From: Gemmatimonas sp.
Lineage (GTDB): Bacteria; Gemmatimonadota; Gemmatimonadetes; Gemmatimonadales; Gemmatimonadaceae
Direction of reading: 5' to 3'
NCBI GenBank assembly: GCA_965279375.1
Contig: OZ257156.1
Location: forward strand, 3,808,001-3,872,000
DNA: 64,000 bases
The number at the start of each line of letters is the position of its first letter. Positions within the stretch are counted from its first letter, which is position 1. A program made the translations under genes and the position numbers. The notes beneath the pieces were generated by a model. The model was given only the letters and a program-made list of their open reading frames with translations, did no database searches and was not told where the DNA came from. Shown piece by piece: positions 13,979 to 23,955 of this stretch.

Positions 13979-14809
13979 TCAGTCCCGGTCGGGGTCGAAG
14001 TCGGAATCGGAACGGTCGCCTGGTTCCGGCGCCCTCCCGAAGGTCACACAGCTGATGATGCGCGCGCCGCCGTCAAAGAGTGCTGACGCCGCAGAATTCA
14101 CCGTCGCCGCCGTCGTGATGACGTCGTCGACGAGCACTACATGGGCGCCTTCGAGCACGCTTCGCGCCCGCACGTCGGTTTCGAATGCGTGTGAAACGTT
14201 GGTCACCCTCTCGGACGGTGTCAACCGCACCTGCGACTGCGTCTCTCGCGTGCGCCGCAGTACGGATCGCCACACCGGGATGCGCCACTCCTCTGCGAGC
14301 GCGGCAGCCAAGCGTTCGGCCTGGTTGTACCCACGCTCACGCTCGCGCGTTGATGAGAGCGGTATGGGTACGAGCGCCGTGCGCTCGCGAACGACGTCGG
14401 GCGGTAACGAAAGCCGCGCCATACGACGCGCCAATGGCACAGCGACCGCCGACCAGCCGCCGTACTTGAGCGCGTGCACCAGCGCACTCCCCGTTCCCGC
14501 ATCCATTCGTCCGACCGATCGTACGGTCCGGATGTACGACGGCAACCGTTCGCACCAACGACACGGCGCGAGCGGCACGCGACCGGTGCGCGGATCGGTC
14601 GCAAGCGCGGTGATCCGCGACAATCTCGAATGCCCGCAGCGTGCGCACAGGGGCTCCGGCAGCGGTGCAATCCGCGCGAGGCACGACACGCAGACGATGC
14701 CATCCCGACCCGGCGTATGCAGCTCGCGGCACACGGCGCAGGCCGACGGGAGCAGAAACGCGGAGACATCGCGCGCCATGGTTTGCGCCCAACGCGTCGC
14801 CAGCTTCAT
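13979..14809 (-). CDS. comF: ComF-family zinc-ribbon/phosphoribosyltransferase protein
   Basis: Four CxxC pairs; RGYNQA; LVDDVITT. Confidence 0.88.
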   Translation of the reverse strand: MKLATRWAQTMARDVSAFLLPSACAVCRELHTPGRDGIVCVSCLARIAPLPEPLCARCGHSRLSRITALATDPRTGRVPLAPCRWCERLPSYIRTVRSVGRMDAGTGSALVHALKYGGWSAVAVPLARRMARLSLPPDVVRERTALVPIPLSSTRERERGYNQAERLAAALAEEWRIPVWRSVLRRTRETQSQVRLTPSERVTNVSHAFETDVRARSVLEGAHVVLVDDVITTAATVNSAASALFDGGARIISCVTFGRAPEPGDRSDSDFDPDRD

Positions 14810-15669
14810 CGCGCACGCTCAGAGTGGTCGGGCGCCGTGCGCGGCAGCGTCGCCCACATCGCCGCCAGTGACGGCTCCACATCAAACCACACGCGAAAGG
14901 ACTCGGCCCCCTGCTCCACCAACATGCGCAGTCCGTCTTCTGCCGCATGTCCGCGCGCACGTGCATCGCGCACCCACGCTGTCTCGTTCGGCCTGTAGAC
15001 GAGATCGAATACCGCCGCGCTGGGCGCCAAGCGCTCGACCGGCACCGGCATGTCATCGGACGACATCCCGAGTGGCGTGGCATTGATGACGAGTGCGGCG
15101 TCGTCGATGGCCACATCCACCGACGTTGCCACTACGACTCGCACACCCACGCGCTCCGCCAGCTCCTCGGCACGCGTGCCTTGTCGCGACCAGACGCGAA
15201 TATCCGTGCACCCGGCGAGTTCCAATGCGACGAGAACCGCGGCAGCGGATCCGCCAGCGCCGAGCAGTGCGACGCGGCGCTCGCGAAGACCGGTTGGGCA
15301 GAGCGCGTGGACGCTGGCAAGGACGCCGGCGACGTCGGTGTTGTGCCCGCAGAGCGCTCCGTCTGCGTGCCAGAAGGTGTTGACGGCGCCAACGCGCTGT
15401 GCGAGTGCGCTGACGTTCTGCGTCGCAGCAAATACCGCTTGCTTGTGCGGCATGGTGACGTTGCCGCCGCTCGCGGATCTTGCGAGCTCGCGGAGCGCTT
15501 CAGCCAGCCCCTCCGGCGGCACATCGAGACGCCCATACTCGACGGGCAACCCTGCCGCGGCGAGCGCGGCGGACTGGATGCCGGGCGACAACGACTGCGC
15601 GACGGGATGCCCGACGATGCGAAGCGATGTGGGGCGCTCCGCAGCGCGCACGCGCAGAGGACCGGTCAC
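14806..15669 (-). CDS. aroE: Shikimate dehydrogenase
   Basis: SLSP, NVTMPHK, GAVNT, NTD, GAGG. Confidence 0.93.
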   Translation of the reverse strand: MTGPLRVRAAERPTSLRIVGHPVAQSLSPGIQSAALAAAGLPVEYGRLDVPPEGLAEALRELARSASGGNVTMPHKQAVFAATQNVSALAQRVGAVNTFWHADGALCGHNTDVAGVLASVHALCPTGLRERRVALLGAGGSAAAVLVALELAGCTDIRVWSRQGTRAEELAERVGVRVVVATSVDVAIDDAALVINATPLGMSSDDMPVPVERLAPSAAVFDLVYRPNETAWVRDARARGHAAEDGLRMLVEQGAESFRVWFDVEPSLAAMWATLPRTAPDHSERAR

Positions 15670-15680
15670 TGTGGTCAGGC

Positions 15681-16145
15681 CTAGGGTCTCGCTCTACCGG
15701 TCGCGACGCGATCGAGTACGGCACCGATCTCGCGTTCGAGCTCGTCGTACGTGGCGCGATAGACGTCGAGATCACCGCCAAACGGATCGTTCACGGGGCG
15801 GCCGTCGTTTGTGCCGGCCGCATACGCGGTGAGCAGGAAGCTGCGACCGGTGCCGCCGAGCGCCTCGACGCGATCGAGATGATGCGGGCCCATGGCGAGA
15901 ATGAGCTGCGCGCTCGCCACGATCTCGGGCGACAGCTGACGCGCGCGATGTTCGCTGAGGTCGATGCCCTGCTCGAGGGCCACCAGCAACGAGCCATCAG
16001 AGGCGGGGGCGTCGGGCCAGGCGCTGGTGCCCGCGCTGCTCACGGAGATGTCGGCGAGCTGTCGCGTCGCGACGAGATGCTTCGCGATGCCTTCGGCGAG
16101 CGGGCTGCGACAGGTGTTGCCGGTGCAGACGAAGAGCAGATGCAT
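15681..16145 (-). CDS. Low-molecular-weight protein phosphatase, YwlE-like (probable arginine phosphatase)
   Basis: P-loop CTGNTCRS; DPFGG. Confidence 0.85.
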   Translation of the reverse strand: MHLLFVCTGNTCRSPLAEGIAKHLVATRQLADISVSSAGTSAWPDAPASDGSLLVALEQGIDLSEHRARQLSPEIVASAQLILAMGPHHLDRVEALGGTGRSFLLTAYAAGTNDGRPVNDPFGGDLDVYRATYDELEREIGAVLDRVATGRARP

Positions 16146-16152
16146 CGGGGAC

Positions 16153-16824
16153 TCAGGTATCGCCAACGAGTGATGCGACGCATTCGCGCAGCAGACTCGC
16201 GGACAGCACACCGGGGCGAATCACGCGCGGCCGACGCCCCGTGCAGTCCACGACCGTGGAGGAACGTGACGGGGACAAGCGACCGCCATCCAGCACATGC
16301 AGCAGCCCGCGATTGATGGCATCAGGCCACTGCTCGACAATCTCGGCAACGGTCATGGCCGGCGGTACCCCGGGACGATTGGCGCTCGTGCTGGTGATCG
16401 GTTCGCCGTAGACCTCGAGCAATCGCTGGAGCCCCGGATGCGGTGTCCAGCGCACGGCCACGCCGCCTTCGGGCCCGCGCAGGCGTTCGGGCACACGATG
16501 ATCTCCGCCGGGAAGAACAAGCGTGAGTGGGCCTGGCCAGAAGCGCGCGGCCAGATGCGCTGCGTACGTGGGCAGGTGCAGGTCGAGCCGTGCGATCTGC
16601 GATGGGTGACCGATCAGCATGAGAAACGGCTTGCCCGAAGGCCGGCTCTTCATCTGCACCAGCGCCTCCACTGACTCGTGATCCACCGCGGTGCCGAATC
16701 CGTACACGGTCTCCGTGGGATAGGCGAGCACGCGCTTCTCCGCGAGGTGCAGCATCACGTCGCGCAGCGAAGCTTCCACTTCGGCGGGGGACCAGAACGG
16801 CACCGTGACGGAGGCGGTGTTCAT
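16153..16824 (-). CDS. tsaC: L-threonylcarbamoyladenylate synthase (TsaC/YrdC domain)
   Basis: YPTETVYG, KSR..KP, WPGPLT, STSAN, STVVD. Confidence 0.9.
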   Translation of the reverse strand: MNTASVTVPFWSPAEVEASLRDVMLHLAEKRVLAYPTETVYGFGTAVDHESVEALVQMKSRPSGKPFLMLIGHPSQIARLDLHLPTYAAHLAARFWPGPLTLVLPGGDHRVPERLRGPEGGVAVRWTPHPGLQRLLEVYGEPITSTSANRPGVPPAMTVAEIVEQWPDAINRGLLHVLDGGRLSPSRSSTVVDCTGRRPRVIRPGVLSASLLRECVASLVGDT

Positions 16825-16831
16825 GACGCGC

Positions 16832-17623
16832 TCAGTCCTGCAGGAGGCTCAGCGCATCGGCGCGCGCGAAATCGGCTTCTTCGGTGAGCTTGAGACCGCG
16901 CTCACTGCCGCGCACCACGACCACGGGCAAGCCGAGTCGTTCCAGAAGGAACGCGTCGTCGGTGGCACCGATGTTGTCCGCGCGACCGGCCACGTGCGCC
17001 TGCTCGAGCAGATGACGAGGGAACGCCTGCGGTGTTTGGGCGCGCCAGAGGTTGGTGCGGTCGACCGTGCGCACGATGCGTCCGGTGGCGTCCACTTCCT
17101 TGAGCGTGTCCACGACGGGGAGCGCTGCGATGGCGCCGTGGCCCTTGCGCGCTTCGAGAATCACGCGATCGATGGTGGCGTCGGTGACCAACGGACGCGC
17201 GGCATCGTGCACGACCGCGATGTTGACCTCCTCGGGGAGGTCTTCGAGGCCATTGATCACGCTTTCGTGGCGTTCACTGCCGCCCGTTGAGACGAGCAAG
17301 CGATCGACGTCGCACTGGAAGAGCCAGGGCGGCGGATCGGCGGCGTAGGCTTTGGGAAGTACTACCACGACGATCGCGACATCTGGGCGCGCCATGAACG
17401 CCTGCACGCTGTGCAGCAATGCCGGCTTGCCTGAGACCCAGCGGAACTGCTTGAGCTCTCCACCACCCATGCGTGATCCGGATCCGCCGGCGACGATGAC
17501 CACGCCAACGTCGCGCACCACGCCATCCTGCTCGCGGCGAGACTCGTCGCCGCGTGAGGCAACAACGGGCGGCGGAATGACACGACGCATCGGCGTCGGT
17601 TCCGGAGTCGGCTGATCGGTCAT
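16832..17623 (-). CDS. ispD: MEP cytidylyltransferase
   Basis: AGGSGSRMG, VHDAARP, AQTPQ, TDD. Confidence 0.93.
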   Translation of the reverse strand: MTDQPTPEPTPMRRVIPPPVVASRGDESRREQDGVVRDVGVVIVAGGSGSRMGGGELKQFRWVSGKPALLHSVQAFMARPDVAIVVVVLPKAYAADPPPWLFQCDVDRLLVSTGGSERHESVINGLEDLPEEVNIAVVHDAARPLVTDATIDRVILEARKGHGAIAALPVVDTLKEVDATGRIVRTVDRTNLWRAQTPQAFPRHLLEQAHVAGRADNIGATDDAFLLERLGLPVVVVRGSERGLKLTEEADFARADALSLLQD

Positions 17624-19068
17624 GCGGGGCTGCGTTCCTTCCGAGCTGCGGTCTGTGTCGACGCTGGTGTCATGTCTGCGTTCTTTCCGACGGTGCGTTG
17701 CAGGACGTCTTGCAACGTACGCACACCGATCACCTGGATGTCACCGGGAATACGTCGCGGAATTGCGCGCTCGGACAAGAACGCGTGCGTCATCCCCAAC
17801 TTGGCGGCTTCGGCCAAGCGCCGTTCCGCCTGTGACACGGGCCGAACTTCCCCGCCGAGTCCGAGCTCGCCGAGGAAGATCGCACGGGGCGGGAGTGGCT
17901 TGTCGACCACGCTCGAGGCGAGTGCGGCGACGATGGCCAGATCGACCGCGGGTTCCTGGACGCGCATGCCGCCGACGATGTTGCAGAAGACGTCGAGCTG
18001 TGCGCAGGAGAAGCCGCCGCGTTTGTCGAGTACGGCGAGCAGGAGTGCGAGCCGGCGTGAGTCGATGCCCGAGGCGACGCGTTGCGGCGTGCCGAAGCCT
18101 GCGCGGGCCGCGAGCGCTTGAACTTCCACGAGCACCGGTCGCGTGCCTTCCATGAGCGCGCAGACCGCGCTGCCGCTGGCCACGTCGTTGCGATCGCCCA
18201 CGAAGAGTGCGGACGGGTTCTCGACCGGTGTGAGTCCCGTGGGGACCATGCGGAAGACGCCGATCTCGTCGACGGAACCGAAGCGGTTCTTGGTGGCGCG
18301 GAGGACGCGATGGTCGAGCGTGCCGTCGCCTTCGAAGTAGAGGACCGTGTCGACGATGTGTTCGAGCGTCTTGGGGCCAGCGATGCCGCCGCCCTTGGTG
18401 ACGTGGCCGATGACGAAGACTGTCGTGCCCGACTCTTTCGCGAAGCGCATCAGGCGCGCGGCGCACTCGCGCACTTGCCCGACGTTGCCCGGTGCGCCTT
18501 CGAGCAATTCCGTGTGCACCGTCTGGATGGAGTCGACGATCAGCGCATCGATGCGTCGGCCACTCGCGGAAGGCTGCGCCGCGGTCGCGAGAATCGTTTC
18601 GAGCGACGTTTCGGTGAGCAGCGCAACACCCGTGGCGTCTTCGCCCAAGCGATCGGCGCGGAGCTTGACCTGCAGCGCTGATTCTTCGCCCGATACGTAC
18701 AGGGTGGCGTGTCCGGCACCTTCGAGGCGCGCGGCGACCTGCAGCAGCAACGTGCTCTTACCGATGCCCGGCTCGCCGCCGACGAGCACCATGCTGCCCG
18801 GCACGATGCCGCCGCCCAGCACGAAGTCGAACTCGTTGAGACCCGTCTTCCAGCGGTGCGTCTCCGTGCCGGTGACCTTGCCCAACTGCACCGTCGCGGC
18901 CGCATGTCCGGCGACAGCGCGTGCAGCGGTGCGCTTGCTCGTGGTCGCGGCCACCGGCTCTTCGGCGAGCGTATTCCACGCGCCACAGCTCTCGCAGCGT
19001 CCCGCCCACTTGGGCGATTCGGCGCCGCAATCGGTGCAGCGGTAGACGGTGCGGGCCTTGGCCATCAT
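17620..19068 (-). CDS. radA: DNA repair protein RadA/Sms
   Basis: Zn finger, GEPGIGKST, KNRFG, Lon-like C-terminal domain. Confidence 0.96.
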   Translation of the reverse strand: MMAKARTVYRCTDCGAESPKWAGRCESCGAWNTLAEEPVAATTSKRTAARAVAGHAAATVQLGKVTGTETHRWKTGLNEFDFVLGGGIVPGSMVLVGGEPGIGKSTLLLQVAARLEGAGHATLYVSGEESALQVKLRADRLGEDATGVALLTETSLETILATAAQPSASGRRIDALIVDSIQTVHTELLEGAPGNVGQVRECAARLMRFAKESGTTVFVIGHVTKGGGIAGPKTLEHIVDTVLYFEGDGTLDHRVLRATKNRFGSVDEIGVFRMVPTGLTPVENPSALFVGDRNDVASGSAVCALMEGTRPVLVEVQALAARAGFGTPQRVASGIDSRRLALLLAVLDKRGGFSCAQLDVFCNIVGGMRVQEPAVDLAIVAALASSVVDKPLPPRAIFLGELGLGGEVRPVSQAERRLAEAAKLGMTHAFLSERAIPRRIPGDIQVIGVRTLQDVLQRTVGKNADMTPASTQTAARKERSPA

Positions 19069-19077
19069 GACGCGCCT

Positions 19078-19110
19078 CTCAAAACGTGTCTCTCAAGACG
19101 TGTGTCTCAA
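19078..19110. repeat. Imperfect 14-bp tandem repeat in the dnaB-radA spacer
   Basis: CTCAAAACGTGTCT / CTCAAGACGTGTGT / CTCAA. Confidence 0.7.
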
Positions 19111-20591
19111 TATTCTGGCGGCGCCCATTCGTCCGCAGCAGGGCCCTTCACCAACTTGGGTCCGCCAAACTCCGACGGTGGCTGACGGTTGGAGAAGTTG
19201 TCGAAGCGCGTGTACTGCTTGTGGAAGAACAACCGCGCGCTGCCGATGGGACCGTTTCGCTGCTTACCGATGATGATCTCCGCCTTCCCTTCGAGCGTGG
19301 GATCTTTCAGGCGACCAGTCTCATCGCGCTCCGCGTACACTTCCTGACGGAAGATGAACATGATGACGTCGGCGTCCTGCTCGATGGCGCCCGATTCGCG
19401 AAGGTCGGAGAGCTGCGGCCGACCCTTGTCGTCGCCGGTGCGCTGTTCCGGTGCACGCGACAGCTGCGAAAGCGCAATCACGGGCACGCCGAGCTCTTTC
19501 GCGAGCGCCTTGAGGCCGCGCGAGATCTGCGAGACTTCCTGCTGACGGTTCTCGGAGTTGGCCGGACCGCTCATGAGCTGCAGGTAGTCGACCATGATGA
19601 GCCCCAGGTCGTGCTCTGTCTTGAGGCGACGCGCCTTGGCGCGCATCTCGAGCAGTGTGATGCCGGGCGTGTCGTCGATGAAGATGGGTGCATGGCTCAG
19701 AATACCAGCGGCCTGCGCCAACCGTGGCATCGATTCATCGAGCGCCCTACCACCTTTACGCAGCGCCTGCGCGTCGATCAGCGCCTCGCTGGCGAGCATA
19801 CGCTGCACGAGCGACTCCTTGCTCATTTCGAGCGAGAAGAACGCGACCGGCACCTTCGCCGTGATCGCGGCATGCTGCGCGATGTTCAGCGTGAACGCTG
19901 TCTTGCCCATGGACGGACGCGCGGCCACGATCACCAGATCGGCCGGCTGGAAGCCCGACGTCATCTGATCGAGCTCATGAAACCCACTCGGCACACCGGT
20001 GATCGCCGACTCGTGCTGCGCGAGCTTCTCGAGCTTCTCCATCGCGGGCCAGAGCAGCTCCTTGATGCGCGAGAAGCCACTTCGCTCCTTGGATTGCCCG
20101 AGCGAGAAGATGCGCGACTCCGCGGTATCCAGCAGCTCGCTCGCCGTGGTGCGCCCTTCAAACGCCTCGCCCACAATCTCCGTGGAGACTTCGATCAGGC
20201 GGCGCAGCAGCGCCTTCTCCTTCACGATGCGCGCGTGGTACTCCACGTTCGCTACCGTCGGTACGGCATCGAGCAGGAACGCGAGGTACTCGCGACCGCC
20301 GGCGCCTTCGAGCTCGCCGCGCCGTTCCAGTTCATCCGCGAGCGTCAGCGGATCAACGACGCCACCGCGTTCGGTGATCGCGAACATCGCGCGAAACAAC
20401 CGCCGATGTCCCTCGCGATAGAACATCGTGTCGTCGGCGTACTCCGCCGCCCGCAACGCCGCATCGGCGTCGAGCAGCATCGCGCCGAGCACCGCCTGCT
20501 CGGCCTCTTCGGACCAGGGCGGACGGCGCTCCTTGTACGGATCGCGCGGAGCCGGCGAATTGCTACCGGACGGAACAGGCAGATTAGTCAT
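19107..20591 (-). CDS. dnaB: Replicative DNA helicase
   Basis: AARPSMGKT, DYLQL, LSQLSR, DLRESGAIEQDAD, KQRNGP; no intein. Confidence 0.97.
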   Translation of the reverse strand: MTNLPVPSGSNSPAPRDPYKERRPPWSEEAEQAVLGAMLLDADAALRAAEYADDTMFYREGHRRLFRAMFAITERGGVVDPLTLADELERRGELEGAGGREYLAFLLDAVPTVANVEYHARIVKEKALLRRLIEVSTEIVGEAFEGRTTASELLDTAESRIFSLGQSKERSGFSRIKELLWPAMEKLEKLAQHESAITGVPSGFHELDQMTSGFQPADLVIVAARPSMGKTAFTLNIAQHAAITAKVPVAFFSLEMSKESLVQRMLASEALIDAQALRKGGRALDESMPRLAQAAGILSHAPIFIDDTPGITLLEMRAKARRLKTEHDLGLIMVDYLQLMSGPANSENRQQEVSQISRGLKALAKELGVPVIALSQLSRAPEQRTGDDKGRPQLSDLRESGAIEQDADVIMFIFRQEVYAERDETGRLKDPTLEGKAEIIIGKQRNGPIGSARLFFHKQYTRFDNFSNRQPPSEFGGPKLVKGPAADEWAPPEY

Positions 20592-20597
20592 CGTTCC

Positions 20598-21773
20598 TCA
20601 AACACTCGGCGCACTACGCGCAGCGTCGAGAATGCGGCGGGCAAGTTTCACATCTTCCCATGTCGGGCGCTTCCACGATTCGTTGCGGAGCAGCGCCGCG
20701 GGGTGGTACGTGACAATCAGCGGGATACCGTGGAAGAGATGAATCTGACCACGCAACTTTCCGATTGGCGTCGTGGTTTGCAGCAGCGTTTGCGCCGCAA
20801 AGCGGCCCAGCGCAAGGATGACACGCGGCGCAACGAGCTCCAACTGACGCATGAGGAACGGCTGACACGCCACGACTTCTTCGGGCAGCGGGTCGCGATT
20901 GCCCGGCGGACGATGCTTGAGGACGTTGCAGATGTAGACATCCTCGCGCTGCAGCTGGATGGCGCCGAGGATTTTCGTAAGCAACTGTCCAGCCTCTCCA
21001 ACGAACGGCCGGCCCTGGATGTCTTCGTTCGCGCCGGGCGCTTCACCGACGCACAGGAAATCAGCGTCGGGATTCCCTTCGCCCGGCACCACGTTCGTGG
21101 CACTCGCGTGCAGTGCGCAGGCAGTACACGCACGCGCCGCGTTCGCGACGTCGTCGAGTGTGGCGAGTGACGTCGTCTTTGCATCCATCGCGCGGCTGGC
21201 TGCGCCAACCGAGAGACCCGCTGGCAAGTCGAGCGCGGCCAACCACGACGGCAGCACGGCAACGCTCGCGGCGATTGGTGCGGATGCAGCAGACGCAGAC
21301 GACGCCGGCGATTCGGACGCTGACGCGCTCGCCGGCGATGCACTCGCTGCCGCCGGGGCCGGCTCGGCTACGCGCGGCGCTGTCGGTGGCACTGCGCTGT
21401 TGCCACGCACGCCCTCGCCTGCGGCGCCCGCCGTGCGCAGCACATCGCGCCAGTTCGTCGACGCCGACTCGTCGAAGCGCACCTCGGGAACCGGCGGGGG
21501 CACAACCGGAGCAGATGGCTGCGGCGTCAGCTCCGACGCATCGATGTCGCCGCCGTCCGATCGTTGCGCCGGTCGCGGTGCTGGCGGCGGCACGTCCGCT
21601 GCGCTCGAGCTTTCAGCACGCGCGGTCTTGGTCGGCGTTGTGGAACGCACGCCGATCATCGCCATCAGATCGTCCACCGGCATCGCGTCGAGCACCAATT
21701 CCGACTCACCCAACTCGCGACGCTGCTCGAGATATCGACGCAGACGCTCCTTAGCGTCCATGCGGTCGTCCAT
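20598..21773 (-). CDS. Family-4 uracil-DNA glycosylase with long low-complexity N-terminal extension
   Basis: CTAC, VGEAPG, FVG.AG.LL, RPPGNR, YHPAALLR. Confidence 0.9.
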   Translation of the reverse strand: MDDRMDAKERLRRYLEQRRELGESELVLDAMPVDDLMAMIGVRSTTPTKTARAESSSAADVPPPAPRPAQRSDGGDIDASELTPQPSAPVVPPPVPEVRFDESASTNWRDVLRTAGAAGEGVRGNSAVPPTAPRVAEPAPAAASASPASASASESPASSASAASAPIAASVAVLPSWLAALDLPAGLSVGAASRAMDAKTTSLATLDDVANAARACTACALHASATNVVPGEGNPDADFLCVGEAPGANEDIQGRPFVGEAGQLLTKILGAIQLQREDVYICNVLKHRPPGNRDPLPEEVVACQPFLMRQLELVAPRVILALGRFAAQTLLQTTTPIGKLRGQIHLFHGIPLIVTYHPAALLRNESWKRPTWEDVKLARRILDAARSAPSV

Positions 21774-22980
21774 CCGGCTGCGCGGCCATCAGCTGTTCGA
21801 TGCGGTCGAGAATCGCTTCGGCGACTTCGCGCTTGGACTGTAGCGGGAGCACTTCGTCCTCGCCCTGTGCGGCGCGCAGCGTGACCCGGTTGGTGTCGAC
21901 GGCGAAGCCGGCACCCGGTTCCGTTGCATCATTCATCACGATCAGATCGAGCGCCTTGTCCCGCAGCTTGCGCTGCCCTTCTGCGCGAGGGTCGCCCGTT
22001 TCGAGCGCGAACCCCACCGCGATCATTCCTGCCGGACGAAGCGCGCGCGTGGACTGCAGAATGTCCGGTGTGCGCGCCAGTTGAAGCACCTCTGGAGCGT
22101 CCGCCTTCTTGAGCTTCTGACCAGCGGGTGAGGCGGCACCAAAGTCCGCGGGCGCCGCCGCCATGATGAGCACGTCCGCGGACGGGAGCTGCGCGGCGAC
22201 CGCGTCGTGCATCGCCTGGGTGGTTTCCACTGCATGCAGCTCCGCGCCCACCGGCACTGCCACTTCGAGCGGTCCCGCGATTAGCGCAACGCTCGCGCCG
22301 CGCCGCCACGCTGCCGCGGCCAGCTCCACACCCATGCGCCCCGACGAGCGGTTCGAGAGGAATCGCACCGGGTCGACTGGCTCGCGCGTCGGGCCGGCGG
22401 TGACCAGAACTCGTCGTCCGGTCAAAACACTCGACGGCGACAATAACCGTGCGGCGTGCGCCACGATCGTTTCGGGCTCGGGCATGCGTCCGGGGCCGCT
22501 CCCCTCACCCACCGCCAGCGCGCCGTCATCAGGCGGCAACACGTGATAGCCCAGCGTCGTGAGTGTCGTCGTGTTCTGCTGCACCGCCGCGTGCGCCCAC
22601 ATCCGATCGTTCATCGCCGGCACGACCAGCACAGGCGCGGTGGTGGCCAAGAGGCAGGCGCCCAACAGGTCGTCGGCGTGTCCGTTGGCGGAGCGCGCAA
22701 GGAAATCCGCGGTGGCAGGTGCGACGATGACCAGATCGGCAGCGCGGGCCAGCTTGATGTGATCGAGCGCGTGACCTGCCGCGATCAACGCGGTGTGGAC
22801 CGGGCGACCCGTGAGCGCCTCGAACGTGACCGCACCGACAAACTCCGCCGCCGACCGCGTGAGGACGACGTCCACTTCGGCGCCCGCCTGCGTCAGCAAC
22901 CGGGCGATCCAGGCGGACTTGTACGACGCAATGCCGCCAGTGACGCCAAGCAGGACGCGCTTACGGTCGAAAGGTCGCAC
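21751..22980 (-). CDS. coaBC: Bifunctional phosphopantothenoylcysteine decarboxylase/ligase
   Basis: [32 protein letters not shown]; start at GTG 22980. Confidence 0.95.
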   Translation of the reverse strand: MRPFDRKRVLLGVTGGIASYKSAWIARLLTQAGAEVDVVLTRSAAEFVGAVTFEALTGRPVHTALIAAGHALDHIKLARAADLVIVAPATADFLARSANGHADDLLGACLLATTAPVLVVPAMNDRMWAHAAVQQNTTTLTTLGYHVLPPDDGALAVGEGSGPGRMPEPETIVAHAARLLSPSSVLTGRRVLVTAGPTREPVDPVRFLSNRSSGRMGVELAAAAWRRGASVALIAGPLEVAVPVGAELHAVETTQAMHDAVAAQLPSADVLIMAAAPADFGAASPAGQKLKKADAPEVLQLARTPDILQSTRALRPAGMIAVGFALETGDPRAEGQRKLRDKALDLIVMNDATEPGAGFAVDTNRVTLRAAQGEDEVLPLQSKREVAEAILDRIEQLMAAQPDGRPHGR

Positions 22981-23098
22981 GGGGAGATGGACGCGGTCGA
23001 AGGGCGTGGAAGGGTGCCCGATTGTCAGGGGCAGAGGCACGACGCCGCGCCGCGACAGAGGTCGCGGCGCGGCGGCTGGAAGCGCGAAGAAACGGTGC

Positions 23099-23305
23099 TT
23101 ACGGCGTCTTGCGGCGCGGCATGACACGATACTCGATCTCACCGCTCGTCAGCTCTTCGAGCGCGCGGGTGGTGAGCTTCTTCTCGTGCAGCGAGCGATC
23201 ACGCGGGAATTCGTTGAGCACGCGCGCGAACTTCGCGGCGATGAGGACGCTGAGGTACTTGTTGGCCGAGTGCTTGGCCACATCCGTCGGGGTAAATACC
23301 TGCAT
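23099..23305 (-). CDS. rpoZ: RNA polymerase omega subunit
   Basis: [19 protein letters not shown]; gmk-rpoZ-coaBC synteny. Confidence 0.85.
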   Translation of the reverse strand: MQVFTPTDVAKHSANKYLSVLIAAKFARVLNEFPRDRSLHEKKLTTRALEELTSGEIEYRVMPRRKTP

Positions 23306-23307
23306 AG

Positions 23308-23955
23308 TCAGTCGCCTTTGCTGAAGTCGTTGATTTCCTCTTCGAGCTGCGCGATCAACCCCTCGACCTGCGCTTCGACCTGATGTACCCGGTCATGCCG
23401 CAGCCCTTCGGCATCGATGATCGCACTCACCTGATCCACCGCACGTTCGAGGTCGTCGTTCACCACCACATAGTGGTAGCGCCCAACTTCGCCCAGTTCC
23501 GCACGCGCGTTGCGCAGGCGCACGAGCAAACGCTCGCGACTCTCACTCTTCCGCCCTGCCAACCGTGCCTTGAGTACCTCGCCCGAGGGCGGAAGCACGA
23601 AAATCAGCACGGTGTCCACAAACGCCGCGGCAAACTGCCGCGCTCCCTGCACATCGATGTCCATCAACACATGCTGGCCGCCCTGCAACACCCGCAGGAC
23701 TTCCGAACGCAGCGTTCCGTAATAGTAACCGTGTACCTCAGCCCACTCCGCAAATTCGCCGGCATCCCGCGCCCGGATGAACTCGTCGCGTGAGAGGAAC
23801 CGGTAGTCGCGGCCGTCGACTTCGCCAGCCCGCGGTTCGCGCGTGGTGCAGCTGACAGAATAACCCACATCCGCCCGGCGCTCCAGCAACCGGCGCGCAA
23901 TCGTGGTCTTTCCACCGCCGGACGGTGCAGACAGAATGACCGGAAAGTGCGTCAC
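23308..23955 (-). CDS. gmk: Guanylate kinase
   Basis: [29 protein letters not shown]. Confidence 0.96.
   Translation of the reverse strand: MTHFPVILSAPSGGGKTTIARRLLERRADVGYSVSCTTREPRAGEVDGRDYRFLSRDEFIRARDAGEFAEWAEVHGYYYGTLRSEVLRVLQGGQHVLMDIDVQGARQFAAAFVDTVLIFVLPPSGEVLKARLAGRKSESRERLLVRLRNARAELGEVGRYHYVVVNDDLERAVDQVSAIIDAEGLRHDRVHQVEAQVEGLIAQLEEEINDFSKGD

Noticed and set aside
19107..20591. Intein in DnaB
   Set aside because: Normal length and contiguous motifs.
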